This document shows positions 18,970 through 29,310 of a stretch of 64,000 bases of DNA, piece by piece. Numbering within the stretch: position 1 is the stretch's first letter; each line of letters opens with the position of its first letter. The stretch comes from Alphaproteobacteria bacterium (GTDB taxonomy: Bacteria > Pseudomonadota > Alphaproteobacteria > CALKHQ01): assembly GCA_965227515.1 (NCBI GenBank), contig CBDDFZ010000001.1:1673600-1737599 (forward strand), given 5' to 3'. The translations under genes and the position numbers were made by a program. The notes under the pieces are model-generated. The model had not been told where the DNA came from. It searched no databases and was given only the letters and a program-made list of their open reading frames with translations.

Positions 18970-20106
18970 ATGGTTCGGACACACGCAGCGGGGGCATTGA
19001 GGGCGGACAAGGGCCCGGCCATGCGCAAGGGCCGGGGCGCGCTGAGCAACCGCGACGGGAGGTTCGAGGCCTATCGCAGCGAGGCGTTCCACGATGGCTG
19101 GGACCGCGCGCCGCCGGGCGACGGCGAACCCGACCTGGACGATCCGGCGCTGCGCACCGAGGTGCTGTCCGATGCGTCGCGCAGCATCATCGCCACCAAC
19201 CAGTCGCCGGACGTGCCGTTCGATCGCTCGATCAATCCCTATCGCGGCTGCGAGCATGGCTGCGTCTATTGTTTCGCGCGGCCGACCCATGCCTATCTCG
19301 GCCTGTCGCCGGGGCTCGATTTCGAGACCCGCATTTTCGCCAAGCACGACGCGGCGGGGCTGTTGCGTGCCGCACTGGCCAAGCGCGGCTATCGCCCGGC
19401 ACCGATCGCCATCGGCGCCAACACCGATCCCTACCAGCCGGTGGAGCGGCAGCTCGAGATCACCCGCTCGGTGATCCAGGTGCTGGCTGAAACCCGGCAT
19501 CCGTTCGGCATCGTTACTAAGTCGAACCTGGTACTGCGCGACCTGGACCTTCTGGCGCCGGCGGCGGAGCAACGCCTGGTCTCGGTCGCGGTGTCGGTGA
19601 CCACGCTCGACCGCGATCTCGCCCGTCGCATGGAGCCGCGCGCACCGACGCCGGGCCGCCGGCTGGCCGCCATAGAGGGATTGGCCAAGGCCGGGGTGCC
19701 GGTCTCCGTGCTGGCGGCGCCGATGATCCCGACCCTCAACGACCAGGAACTGGAAGCCATCGTCACCGCGGCGCGCGATGCCGGGGCGACCGACGCGGGC
19801 TATGTGCTGTTGCGGGTGCCGCTGGAGATCAAGGACCTGGTCGCCGAGTGGCTGGACCACCACGCGCCCGGCCGCGCCAAGCGGGTGTTCAGCCACCTGC
19901 AACAGGCGCATGACGGCAAGTCCTATGACGCGCGCTACTTCCACCGCATGCGCGGCAGCGGCGCCTACGCTGAACTCCTGAAGTCGCGGATGGAACGCCT
20001 GCGCCGGTCGCTCGGCCTGGGCGAGCGCCGCTGGACCCTGGAGACGAAACACTTCGTCAAGCCGGCCGCACCGCCTGCCGACGACCGCCAGCTCTCGCTG
20101 TTCTAG
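18970..20106 (+). CDS. Radical SAM protein, PA0069/SplB-like family
   Basis: 'RGCEHGCVYCFARP' CxxxCxxC-type radical SAM cluster motif in a family resembling SplB/PA0069 DNA-repair-like radical SAM proteins. Start uncertain (18970 or 19021). Confidence 0.7.
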   Translation: MVRTHAAGALRADKGPAMRKGRGALSNRDGRFEAYRSEAFHDGWDRAPPGDGEPDLDDPALRTEVLSDASRSIIATNQSPDVPFDRSINPYRGCEHGCVYCFARPTHAYLGLSPGLDFETRIFAKHDAAGLLRAALAKRGYRPAPIAIGANTDPYQPVERQLEITRSVIQVLAETRHPFGIVTKSNLVLRDLDLLAPAAEQRLVSVAVSVTTLDRDLARRMEPRAPTPGRRLAAIEGLAKAGVPVSVLAAPMIPTLNDQELEAIVTAARDAGATDAGYVLLRVPLEIKDLVAEWLDHHAPGRAKRVFSHLQQAHDGKSYDARYFHRMRGSGAYAELLKSRMERLRRSLGLGERRWTLETKHFVKPAAPPADDRQLSLF

Positions 20107-20158
20107 CGGGTGTCGCGCACGCGCTGGGCGCGTGGACCCCACCGCAACTAGCAATTAT

Positions 20159-20338
20159 TCGTCGCTCTCGCCCTTGTGGCGAGGGTCCATGCGAATGCAA
20201 TGCTCTATACTTGGGATGTTTGCTGTTTGCTGGAGCGGCAAGGGCTGAGGGACCGCCGCCATGCCGTTCAGCGCAAACCACTTAACCTACTGGAACATAG
20301 GACAAAAATGGATCCTCGGGACAAGCCCGAGGATGACG
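20159..20338. mobile_element. MITE-like element, family B copy 2 (180 bp)
   Basis: Left TIR TCGTCGCTCTCGCCCTTGTGGCGAGGGTCCAT. Right TIR ATGGATCCTCGGGACAAGCCCGAGGATGACG carries compensatory changes that preserve the hairpin. Its interior shares 'CGCCGTTC(A/G)GCG...CCAC(C/T)TAA' with copy 1. Confidence 0.7.
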
Positions 20339-20505
20339 GTGGGGTGATGGTGATTATGCACAGCCGCGTGCCGCGATCATTCAAAGAGGGCGGTATCCAA
20401 CCGAAACCTGGGGGGGGAATCTACCCCATATGGGCAATCCGGCAGGCTGCTTACGTCATCGGGCAACGAACCGCCGCACGGTGCGGGGTTCGCTTGCCAA
20501 AGGAG

Positions 20506-20964
20506 ATGACGACGATGTTGACCGCCTCGATTTCGAAGATTGCCGGTGCCGCCGCCCTTGCCATGACCGTGGCCCTTGGGGGCTGCATCACCCCGGCGGC
20601 CGGTGCCGGCAACCCGCTGGCTTACGGCCCGGTGCAGCCGCAGCTTCCCACCTTCACCGTGACCACCCACACCGGCAGCGCGGAGCAGGTGCAGACCAGC
20701 TTCACCCCCGGACTCGCCCAGCCCGGTGCGGTGCGGGTGTGCCTGAACAACCAGCGCCCCGGCCAGAGGTCCATCGACCTCAACCTGTCGGGCGTGAACC
20801 CGTTGAACGCCAACGGCCGCAACCAGCAGTCGTGCGCCAGCGTCGGCGCGCATGAAGTGGTCAACCTGCTGGCCATGGCTGGCAACCAGCCGGCCCACAT
20901 CTCGCCGGGCACCGTCAACCTGGCGCAGTACGACGGCGGCCTGCTGACCTTTATCTGGAGATAA
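20506..20964 (+). CDS. Lipoprotein of unknown function
   Basis: Signal peptide ending in lipobox 'LGGC'; AGGAG RBS. Alternative ATG at 20515. Confidence 0.6.
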   Translation: MTTMLTASISKIAGAAALAMTVALGGCITPAAGAGNPLAYGPVQPQLPTFTVTTHTGSAEQVQTSFTPGLAQPGAVRVCLNNQRPGQRSIDLNLSGVNPLNANGRNQQSCASVGAHEVVNLLAMAGNQPAHISPGTVNLAQYDGGLLTFIWR

Positions 20965-21090
20965 CGGCATCTTGCGCAGCGGCCCGGCCCCGGATCTCCT
21001 GGGCGCCGGGGCGCCGCGGGAATTTGAACCGCGGCGCGGTTGGGTTATGGAGGGAGGGTCATGCGCCGCACCCCGATCGATCTGGACTTA

Positions 21091-21130
21091 GAGCGTGTTC
21101 AGTGTGATCGCGATTACATTGAACACGCTC
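21091..21130. terminator. Perfect 14-bp-stem hairpin (GAGCGTGTTCAGTG...CATTGAACACGCTC) directly abutting the response-regulator stop codon; no U-tract
   Basis: Inverted repeat read directly from sequence; positioned between convergent genes; lacks a poly-T so likely a factor-dependent or bidirectional stop. Confidence 0.4.
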
Positions 21131-21792
21131 TAAAGCTCCCGTGCCGGGTCGATCAGCCCTTCCTTCATCGCGCGGGCCAGCAGTTGCGGCACCGAGTTCA
21201 CCTGCAGCTTCTGCATCATGCTGGTCCGGTACTTGTCGACGGTCTTCGGGCTGATGCCGAGGACGAGCGCGATCTCCTTGGTCGACCGGCCGCCGATGAT
21301 CAGGTTCAGGGTCTGGCGCTCGCGATCGGTCAGCACCGGCCGGTCCGGCCGCGCTTGCAGCCGGTCGACGAACATCTGGGCGATGTGGCGCCCGCCGTTC
21401 ATGATCAACGGCAGCTTGGCATAGAGCTCGGCGTTGTCGGCGGACTTGGAGAACAGGCCGTCGACGCCGGCCTCGATCAGGTCGCCGATCAGCCCGATTG
21501 CGGTGATGCCGGTGAACACCACCACCTTGGTGTCGGGGCTGGAGCGTTTCACTTCCAGAAACACCTCCACCCCGCCGGCGTGCGGCATCGAAACATCGAG
21601 CAGCAGCAGGTCGGGTGCGTGCTTCTCCACCGCCGCGATTGCCGCCAGCCCGTCCGATACCTGCGCGACCACCTTGTACGGGGTACGGCTGACCAGCCCC
21701 GGCGTTTCCAGCGCGCCCTTCAGCCCGTCGCGCACGATGGCGTGGTCGTCGGCGATCACGACGCGGACCGTGAACGGATCGTCGCCTGTCAT
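21130..21792 (-). CDS. LuxR/FixJ-family response regulator (REC + HTH)
   Basis: Receiver domain with the phospho-acceptor Asp in 'LLLLDVSMP', C-terminal LuxR HTH ('GRSTKEIALVLGISPKTVDKYR'); start refined to ATG 21792. Confidence 0.85.
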   Translation of the reverse strand: MTGDDPFTVRVVIADDHAIVRDGLKGALETPGLVSRTPYKVVAQVSDGLAAIAAVEKHAPDLLLLDVSMPHAGGVEVFLEVKRSSPDTKVVVFTGITAIGLIGDLIEAGVDGLFSKSADNAELYAKLPLIMNGGRHIAQMFVDRLQARPDRPVLTDRERQTLNLIIGGRSTKEIALVLGISPKTVDKYRTSMMQKLQVNSVPQLLARAMKEGLIDPAREL

Positions 21793-21842
21793 CGGGTCCC
21801 CGCGAGTGTGCCTGCCGCCCGGGCGCCGGCGCGCCGCCGCCC

Positions 21843-23843
21843 ATGAGCCAGTCTTGCGCATTCGCCACGTCTTGGCGAGCCCGGGGAAGGCGAGCGTTGG
21901 CGGCCCTGTTGGTGCTGTTCGCCTTTGCCGGATCGCCGGCTTGGGCGGTCGACCTGCGGCCGGGCGAACCCGCGACCGTGCCGGGCGGGGAGATCGCCTA
22001 TCTTGCCGACCCCGATCACACGCTTGATCCGGCGGGGGCGCTTGCGGGGTTCGATGCAGGCGAAGGCCGGCTCGTCGGCAGCGATATCGCCGACTTCGGC
22101 GCGGTGTTCGCCACATACTGGCTGCTCGTCCCGCTCGAGAACGCGGGCGAGCGCGCCGGCACATGGACCGTTGCCACCCGCGCACCGTTCTTTCCGGCCG
22201 TTACCATCCATCTGCGCCGCGCCGATGGCACCTTGGACGAGGTGCTCGACAACACCGTCGACGATCCGTTCGATGCGCGGCCGCAGCGCTTCCGCACTGT
22301 CCTCAGCGCGCCGTTCTCGTTGCAGCCGGGCGAGCGCGCCGACCTTGTGGTCGGGTTCGAGGCTGCCGGGGTCGCGAACTTCGCCTTCACCCTGGAGTCG
22401 GAACAGAGCCTGAGTGCGCTGCGGGAAGAGGACGCCGCGATCTCCGGCATCTTCCATGCCTTCAGCATCGCCGCCATCCTGTTCTTCGCCGTGTTCAGCA
22501 TCGCGGTGCGGTTCGGCAACGGCCTGCTCTATGCGGCCCTGTTCGCCATCGCCTTGCTGCTGAACGCGCAGTTGGATGGGCTCGCCTTCCAGTTGCTGTG
22601 GCCGGACTGGCCCGGCTGGAACGGTATCGCTGCCCTGGTGCTGATGAACCTGCTGTGCGGGTTCGGGTTCTATGTCGCGGCCCGGCAGCGCGAACGCGAG
22701 CGACCGAGCCCGCGATTTCGCCGCGCCGCCTATGCTCTCGCGGTCGTCAGCCTGGCGGTCAATGGCTTGATCCCGCTGATCGGCCCCGGCGCGGTGGTCA
22801 TGATCGGCAATCTCTTGTTCGTGGCCATGCTCGCGGCCCAGGCCGCGGCGCTGCTGCCGTGGCTGCGCCGGCCTGATGGCGGCGTCGGCCGCCCCGCGCT
22901 GGTGGGCACCGTGCTGGTGGCCGGCGCGAGCCTGGGGCTGGCCATCCTCTATCTGTCGGGCGTCACCCTGCCGCCGCTGGTCGGCTACAATCTGCACCGC
23001 ATCTACTATCTGGTGATCACCCTGACGACGATGGCGACCCTGGTCGGCATTGTGGTTCAGTTGCGGCGCGACCACGAATCCGCGCTGTCGCGCGAAGTGG
23101 AGGCGGCCCGCCGCGACGCCGCCCTCAACCGCGAGCTGTTCGAGGCGGAGAAGAACTACGCCCAGGCCCGCGAGCTTGCCGCCCAGCGCCAGCGCCGCCT
23201 GGCCACGGCAAGCCATGACATCAAGCAGCCGCTCGCCGCGCTGCGCCTGTCGATGGACGCGCTGACCGCTGGCGACGATCCCGAGACCCGCCGAAGGCTG
23301 AAGGACGCCTTCGACTATCTGGAGGGGCTGACCGGCAGCTATCTGGTCGAGGCCCGGCCGGAGGAGGCGGGCGAAGGAGAAATTGATGCGGCGGTCAAGG
23401 ATGCCGGGGCGCCCGCCGAACCCTATCCGTTGTCGCTGATCACCGGTACCGTCGAGCAGGTGTTCCGCGAGGAGGCGGTGTCGAAGGGCTTGCGCTTCAC
23501 GTGCACCGGCGACGACCGCGAGATCGCGGTGCCGGTGCTGCCGCTGTTGCGGCTGGTCAGCAACCTGACCTCGAACGCAGTGAAGTACACGGTCGAAGGC
23601 GGAGTCTCGGTGAGCGCCGGCGCGGCTGGCGAGGGGGCGTTCATCGCGGTCGAGGACACCGGTCCCGGCATGTCCGCCGACGCGCTCGCCCTGTACCGGC
23701 GTTCGGGCGAGAAGGGCGAGACCTCGCAGGGGGAGGGCCTGGGCATGGCCATCGCCGACGAGATCGCGGCCTCTCTCGGCCTGACCCTGGAGGTCGAGAG
23801 CACGCTGGGCGAGGGCACCCGGTTCCGCGTGCTAATTCCGTAG
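21843..23843 (+). CDS. Sensor histidine kinase with 7TMR-DISM extracellular and 7-TM domains
   Basis: Signal peptide, periplasmic domain, 7 TM helices, HisKA 'ASHDIKQPL', and HATPase_c with G-boxes ('VEDTGPGM'). Divergent from the response regulator with a 50-bp intergenic region. Confidence 0.85.
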   Translation: MSQSCAFATSWRARGRRALAALLVLFAFAGSPAWAVDLRPGEPATVPGGEIAYLADPDHTLDPAGALAGFDAGEGRLVGSDIADFGAVFATYWLLVPLENAGERAGTWTVATRAPFFPAVTIHLRRADGTLDEVLDNTVDDPFDARPQRFRTVLSAPFSLQPGERADLVVGFEAAGVANFAFTLESEQSLSALREEDAAISGIFHAFSIAAILFFAVFSIAVRFGNGLLYAALFAIALLLNAQLDGLAFQLLWPDWPGWNGIAALVLMNLLCGFGFYVAARQRERERPSPRFRRAAYALAVVSLAVNGLIPLIGPGAVVMIGNLLFVAMLAAQAAALLPWLRRPDGGVGRPALVGTVLVAGASLGLAILYLSGVTLPPLVGYNLHRIYYLVITLTTMATLVGIVVQLRRDHESALSREVEAARRDAALNRELFEAEKNYAQARELAAQRQRRLATASHDIKQPLAALRLSMDALTAGDDPETRRRLKDAFDYLEGLTGSYLVEARPEEAGEGEIDAAVKDAGAPAEPYPLSLITGTVEQVFREEAVSKGLRFTCTGDDREIAVPVLPLLRLVSNLTSNAVKYTVEGGVSVSAGAAGEGAFIAVEDTGPGMSADALALYRRSGEKGETSQGEGLGMAIADEIAASLGLTLEVESTLGEGTRFRVLIP

Positions 23844-24095
23844 GGGCTACGGAGGTCGTGATTGCCATTCCAAGACTCATGGCGTCGTCAACACGTTCGG
23901 TTGAGCCCCGACCACCACCGTCATGCCCGCACTTGTTGCGGGCATCCACGTCTTGTTGGCCGCTTACGCGGCCATATCGTGATTTAGTAAACTGTCACCG
24001 AATTGAGATCTGAATTGCCCATTGGTGATCGGCGCGGTACCCGGCGCTCGTCGCAATGACAGTGAGAATGGGGAAATTGGCGTCACTCGAATTGG

Positions 24096-24962
24096 CTACG
24101 ACCCGAAGTATTTCAGGAACGGGCCGATCACCTGGCGGAAGCCGGCCTCGAAGTCGTCATTGCCGGGGTGGTAGACCTGTTCCAGCGAGACCACGCCGTC
24201 ATAGCCATCGGCCACCAATGCCTGGGCCATCGGCGTGAACTGGTCGGCGAGCTGGCCTTCGCCCATCGGGCGCACCTCCAGCGTTGCCTTCGGCGTGTCG
24301 GCGTAGACATCCTTCACGTGCAAGTGGCCGACATAGCCGCCCTTCACGGACTCCCAGCCGTCCGGCCAGGCCTTCTCGTGCGCCCAGCAGTTGTTCGCCG
24401 GGTCCCACAGCACCCGCAGCACGTCGCGGGCGTCCAGGTCGTCGATCAGCTTGCGCGCGGTCCAGCACGAATTGACCATGGTGCCGTTGCCGGTCTCCAC
24501 CACGAGCTGGATGTCCTCGCGGCGGGCGAGCTCGATGGCCGGCGCGACCAGTTCCAGCATGCTGTCCCACGCGCCCTTGGCGACGTTCCAGTGCTCCGCG
24601 CCATGGCGGCCCCACAGGATCATCTCCTTCTTGCCGGACATGATGCGGACCAGCGGCGCGTCGAGCTTGCGCGACACGTCGATGCAGCGCTTCAGCGTGT
24701 CCATGTGGCGGGTGTGAAGTTCGTCGCCGACCTTGGTCGACATCGGCATGCCGGCGAACACGTGGTGGCAGATGTTGGAGACCTTCTTGCCGTGACGGTC
24801 CAGCAGGTCGCGGGCGCGCGCCACCTCCTGCGCGTCGAGGTTGCCGATCTCCTTGTCCCAGACGAACTGCAGCTCGGCATAGTCCAGGCCGAACTCGTCC
24901 ATGACCGAGAGCGCATGCTCCAGGTCGCGGCTGATGCCGTCGGTGATGACGCCCAGTTTCAT
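24096..24962 (-). CDS. Sugar phosphate isomerase/epimerase (xylose-isomerase-like TIM barrel)
   Basis: AP-endonuclease-2/XylA-like TIM barrel family features; 288 aa. Confidence 0.7.
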   Translation of the reverse strand: MKLGVITDGISRDLEHALSVMDEFGLDYAELQFVWDKEIGNLDAQEVARARDLLDRHGKKVSNICHHVFAGMPMSTKVGDELHTRHMDTLKRCIDVSRKLDAPLVRIMSGKKEMILWGRHGAEHWNVAKGAWDSMLELVAPAIELARREDIQLVVETGNGTMVNSCWTARKLIDDLDARDVLRVLWDPANNCWAHEKAWPDGWESVKGGYVGHLHVKDVYADTPKATLEVRPMGEGQLADQFTPMAQALVADGYDGVVSLEQVYHPGNDDFEAGFRQVIGPFLKYFGS

Positions 24963-24977
24963 GTTCTTGCTGTCCTG

Positions 24978-25877
24978 CTAACGGTGGAGCTCGGCGCCGA
25001 CGATATCCTCGACGACGCGGGTCACCACCCAGTTGTCGCCATCGGGGTGCCTGGTCTTGCCGGCGTGGAAGAGCTGCATGGCGGTGGACGCGGTGAACAG
25101 CGGCACGCCCAGGTCGCGGGCCATGTCGAGCACGATGGTCAGGTCCTTGTGCATGGTGGCGATGTGGCTGCCGGTGCCCTCGAACCTGCGGTCGATGATG
25201 TTTTCCAGCGCCGTGTTGGCGACGCCGCAACCGGCGCCGGACGTGCTGATGACGTCGTAGAGCACCTGGCCGGATACGCCGGCCTTCGCGGCCAGCACCG
25301 ACGCCTCGAACGTCGCGGAGAAGACGGAGCCGATCAGCGACTGCAGGCAGGCCTTCACGGTCTGGCCCATGCCGGGCTCGGTGCCGACCCGATGAATGGT
25401 CTTCGACACCGCTTCCATCGCCGGGCGGGCGCGGTCGAGCGCGGCATCCTCGCCGGCCGCCATCATGGTCAGAGTGCCGCCCTGGGCACCCGGAAAGCCG
25501 CCACTGACGGGTGAGTCGATCAGGTCGATGCCGGTGCCGGCCAGCCCCTCGCCAATCGCGCGCGCCTCGGCCGGCCTGATGGTGGCGGTGAGGATGACCG
25601 CGGCACCGGGCTGGAGCGTCGATGTCAGGCCGTCCCGGCCCTCGGCGCCCAGGATCACCGCCTTGGCCTGGTCGCCGTTCATCACCATCACATAGACCGC
25701 ATCGGCGCCGTCGCCGACCGCCGCGGCACTGCCGGCGGCATGTCCGCCCATGGCCGTGAACGCCGCCATCCGATCTGTGCTGAGGTCGAAGCCAGCGGTC
25801 TCGAACCCCGCGGCAATCAGGTTCTTGGCCAGGCCCGAGCCCATGTCGCCCAGCCCGATGACGCCTACGCGTGCCAT
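24978..25877 (-). CDS. NAD(P)-dependent oxidoreductase, 3-hydroxyisobutyrate dehydrogenase (HIBADH) family
   Basis: N-terminal Rossmann 'VGVIGLGDMGSGLAKNL' and HIBADH-type C-domain. Adjacent to and co-oriented with the isomerase (possible hydroxy-acid/tetronate-type pathway). Confidence 0.8.
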   Translation of the reverse strand: MARVGVIGLGDMGSGLAKNLIAAGFETAGFDLSTDRMAAFTAMGGHAAGSAAAVGDGADAVYVMVMNGDQAKAVILGAEGRDGLTSTLQPGAAVILTATIRPAEARAIGEGLAGTGIDLIDSPVSGGFPGAQGGTLTMMAAGEDAALDRARPAMEAVSKTIHRVGTEPGMGQTVKACLQSLIGSVFSATFEASVLAAKAGVSGQVLYDVISTSGAGCGVANTALENIIDRRFEGTGSHIATMHKDLTIVLDMARDLGVPLFTASTAMQLFHAGKTRHPDGDNWVVTRVVEDIVGAELHR

Positions 25878-25988
25878 ACGTCCTCCCCTCCGGTTGCTGC
25901 GGCTTGTCGCGCCGCATTCGCCGGCATCATGGCTCGGATCGGGCGACGGGGCGAGGGGAGAGATACGATGCCGTCAGCGGCGGCGCGC

Positions 25989-26540
25989 CTATTGGTCCTC
26001 GTACGACAGGATGCGATCGCGCAGTGCGGTGAACCGTGCCTCGACCTCGGTGCCGAACAGCGGGTCCTGGCGCGCGAGCAGCGGGTGGTCGGACATCGTG
26101 CCGTCACCCGCCGAAAGCGCCTTCTCGGCCTGCGGGAAGAAGCCGTCCTCTTCCATCTGCATGTGATGGCGCTGCGCGGACACGAACTCGCGCGCAGCTC
26201 TGAGAAACTCGTCCCTGGGGACGGCGGCCTCGATGACCACCCGGTCGAGCAAGTCGGCGAAAGCGTGGGTCAGCCGGCCCAGATCCTCGTGCAAGGCGGC
26301 GAGCTTCTTGGCCGACGGACCGGTGCTGCCGATCGTCTGCTCCAGCTCTCTGGCAACCAGATCCTCCTTCGGGTGATGGCAGCTGTCGGGATAGTCGCCG
26401 AAGTACTCCATGATCGACTGCAGCACTTCATAGTCGGGGAGCTCGCCCTGCTCGAACAGGTCGAGCTGGCTGTCCAGCAAACTCAACAGGCGTTCCATGT
26501 CGCGGTGTTCCGCGCGCAGACTCGCAATGATGTCGGACAT
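25989..26540 (-). CDS. Hemerythrin domain-containing protein
   Basis: H...HxxxE and H...HxxxxD-type diiron ligand spacing in a 183-aa helical protein ('LRAEHRDMERLL', 'HHPKED', 'HHMQMEED'). Confidence 0.7.
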   Translation of the reverse strand: MSDIIASLRAEHRDMERLLSLLDSQLDLFEQGELPDYEVLQSIMEYFGDYPDSCHHPKEDLVARELEQTIGSTGPSAKKLAALHEDLGRLTHAFADLLDRVVIEAAVPRDEFLRAAREFVSAQRHHMQMEEDGFFPQAEKALSAGDGTMSDHPLLARQDPLFGTEVEARFTALRDRILSYEDQ

Positions 26541-26724
26541 GACTGGCCTCCGATGATCTTCGTGGCGCCATACGATCCTTTCTTAAAGGATGGTACGACC
26601 GGTGGCGGTCCCGCAAGCCCACGGGCGCAGATGTCGCAATCTGGCGTCGGCGCTTGCGCGGTAGGACGATCCGGCCGTCCGGCCCTATAATCGGCGGGGG
26701 CGTCCGCGATATCGGAGACGGCAT

Positions 26725-28482
26725 ATGGAAATGGAAGTGGCACTGGGGTTGGACCGCGACGCGCTGCGCGCCGACCTGTCGGTCGCCTATCCGCCGGACG
26801 TTGTCGACCGCCTGGTCACGCGCATCGAAGACGTGGTCGCGCACTACCGCGAACAAATAACGCAGCCGCGCCCCTCCTGGGTCGACGAGGGCGATGCGAT
26901 GCTCATCACCTATGGCGATTCCATCGGCGACGGCGCGCGCGCGCCATTGGCCGTGCTCGCGGCGTTCCTGGCCGCCCACGTGGGCGACGCGATCTCCAGC
27001 GTCCACATCCTGCCGTTCTATCCCTACACCTCCGACGACGGGTTCTCGGTGGTCGACTACCGCGCGGTCGACACCGGCCTCGGCGACTGGGACGACGTCG
27101 CGCGCCTGGCGGATCGCTATGCGCTGATGTTCGATGCCGTCATCAACCACGTCTCGCGCCACAGCGTGTGGTTCCAGAAGTTCCTGGCCGACGACCCGGC
27201 CTATGCCGACTACTTCATCGCCTGCGCGCCCGATGCCGACACCAGCCAGGTGACGCGGCCGCGCGCGCTGCCGCTGCTGACGCCGGTGGACTGCGCGTCC
27301 GGGACGAAGCATGTCTGGACGACGTTCAGCGACGACCAGATCGACCTCAACTACGCAAACCCCGACGTGCTGGTCGAGATCGTCGATCTGCTGTTGTTCT
27401 ACGCCGCGCAGGGCGCGCGTTACATCAGGCTCGATGCCATTGGCTTCATGTGGAAGGAGCTCGGCACCACGTGCATGCACCTGCCGCAGGCCCACGCGCT
27501 GATCCGCGCCATGCGTCAGGCGGTGGACGCCGCATCACCCGGCACGCTCGTGATCACCGAGACCAACGTGCCGCACGCCGACAATGTCAGCTACTTCGGC
27601 AATGGCGGTGACGAAGCCCACATGGTCTACCAGTTTCCGCTGCCGCCGCTGACCCTGCACGCGTTCCAAACGGGCGACGCCAGCCGGCTGTCGGACTGGG
27701 CAGCTTCGTTGCCGCCGACGACGCCCCAGACCACGTTCTTCAATTTCCTGGCGTCCCATGACGGCATCGGCGTGCGCCCTGTCGAGGGCATCCTGTCGCC
27801 CGCGGAAGTAAAGGCCATGGCGGCGGGCGTGGAGGCGCGCGGCGGGCTGATTTCGGTCCGCAACATGCCCGACGGCACGACCGCGCCCTATGAACTCAAT
27901 ATCGCCTATGTCGATGCCATTGCCGAGCCGGATGACGACGATGAGACCCGTGCCGCGCGGTTCCTGGCCGCTCAGACCGTCCTGCTGTCGATGGCCGGGG
28001 TGCCGGGCATCTACATCCACAGCCTGCTCGGCTCGCGCAACGACCTGGCCGGTGTCGCGCGTACCGGCCGCAACCGGTCGATCAATCGGGCGAAGCTTGG
28101 TCTGGGCGACCTGGAGGCCGAGCTTGCACGGCCCGACAGCCTGCGGGCGCGGATTTTGGCGGGGACGCTCAAGCTGCTCGGTCTGCGCCGACAACGGCCG
28201 GCGTTCCACCCCAATGCCGGCCAGCGCATCGTGCCGGTCGACCCGCGGGTGTTCAGCCTGGTGCGCGAGAACCCGCAGGACCGGGTCTGGGTGGCGGTCA
28301 ACGTGTCGGCAGACACCGTCTCGCTGCGGGTGCGATGCGCGACCATCGGGTTCGCGGCGGGCGCGGCGCTGGCAGATGTGATCGGCGGGGCTGAGGTTGG
28401 CGGGGCTGAGGTGGGCGGGGACGCCGAGCACATCGCCCTCACGCTGGCGCCGTTCCAGTCCGCATGGGTGGCGGCCGGCTGA
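26725..28482 (+). CDS. GH13 sugar phosphorylase (sucrose / glucosylglycerate phosphorylase family)
   Basis: GH13 catalytic signatures 'YIRLDAIGFMWKE' (nucleophile Asp), 'ITETN' (acid/base Glu) and 'FLASHDGIG' (transition-state His/Asp); 585 aa. Confidence 0.8.
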   Translation: MEMEVALGLDRDALRADLSVAYPPDVVDRLVTRIEDVVAHYREQITQPRPSWVDEGDAMLITYGDSIGDGARAPLAVLAAFLAAHVGDAISSVHILPFYPYTSDDGFSVVDYRAVDTGLGDWDDVARLADRYALMFDAVINHVSRHSVWFQKFLADDPAYADYFIACAPDADTSQVTRPRALPLLTPVDCASGTKHVWTTFSDDQIDLNYANPDVLVEIVDLLLFYAAQGARYIRLDAIGFMWKELGTTCMHLPQAHALIRAMRQAVDAASPGTLVITETNVPHADNVSYFGNGGDEAHMVYQFPLPPLTLHAFQTGDASRLSDWAASLPPTTPQTTFFNFLASHDGIGVRPVEGILSPAEVKAMAAGVEARGGLISVRNMPDGTTAPYELNIAYVDAIAEPDDDDETRAARFLAAQTVLLSMAGVPGIYIHSLLGSRNDLAGVARTGRNRSINRAKLGLGDLEAELARPDSLRARILAGTLKLLGLRRQRPAFHPNAGQRIVPVDPRVFSLVRENPQDRVWVAVNVSADTVSLRVRCATIGFAAGAALADVIGGAEVGGAEVGGDAEHIALTLAPFQSAWVAAG

Positions 28483-28488
28483 GCCGTT

Positions 28489-29274
28489 TCACCGCCCTGC
28501 CGCGGTCTCGAGAAACGCTTCGAGCTTGGCCAGGAATTCGCGCGGTTTCTCGGCGTGGACCCAGTGGCCTGCGCCGTCGACGGTCTCCAGCGTTGCATGC
28601 GGGAACAGGCGGTCGATCGTTGGCCGGTGTCTCGGGCGGATGTAGTCGGACTGTCCGCCGCCGAGAAATAGCGTCGGCCCGTCGTAGGTCAGGTCCAGCA
28701 GGTGCTCGGGAAAGCCGCTCAGGGTGGGCAGGCCGGCGTCGAGCGCCGCCAGGTTGATGCGCCACGCGGTATTGCCGTCGTTGAAGACCAGGTTCTGCAG
28801 CAGGAAGGCGCGGATGGCCGGTTCGGGAATGGCTGCGCTCAGTTCGGCGTCCGCTTCCGACCGGCGGGTCACGCCGCTCAGGTCGATCCCCAGCATGGCC
28901 CGGGTGTAGGCCTGTAGCTTCGGCGCATAGGCGGTCGGCGCGATGTCGACCACCACCAGCGCCGCGACCCGCTCCGGATGCGCCAGCGCCAGGGCCATCG
29001 CGGTCTTGCCGCCGATGCTGTGTCCCACGACCACGGCCCGGTCGATCTGTTGCCGGTCAAGGAAGGCGCGCACGTCTTTGGCCATGGCGATATAGGCCAC
29101 GTCGTCGTCCCAGGGCGAGTCGCCGTGATTGCGCAGGTCGAGGGCATGGACGTGCCAGGCTTCGCCCAGGCGCTTGGCGATGCTGGTCCAGTTCCGTCCC
29201 GAGCCGAACAGGCCGTGCAGAAGGATCAGCGGCGGACCGTCTCCGTAGGACTGATGTGCGAGCGCGATTTCCAT
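28489..29274 (-). CDS. Alpha/beta hydrolase (YbfF-like esterase)
   Basis: 'LLHGLFGS' oxyanion region and 'GHSIGG' nucleophile elbow. Confidence 0.8.
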   Translation of the reverse strand: MEIALAHQSYGDGPPLILLHGLFGSGRNWTSIAKRLGEAWHVHALDLRNHGDSPWDDDVAYIAMAKDVRAFLDRQQIDRAVVVGHSIGGKTAMALALAHPERVAALVVVDIAPTAYAPKLQAYTRAMLGIDLSGVTRRSEADAELSAAIPEPAIRAFLLQNLVFNDGNTAWRINLAALDAGLPTLSGFPEHLLDLTYDGPTLFLGGGQSDYIRPRHRPTIDRLFPHATLETVDGAGHWVHAEKPREFLAKLEAFLETAAGR

Positions 29275-29310
29275 GGCCTCAACTGTGCGATGCGGCGGCG
29301 ATGTGCCAGC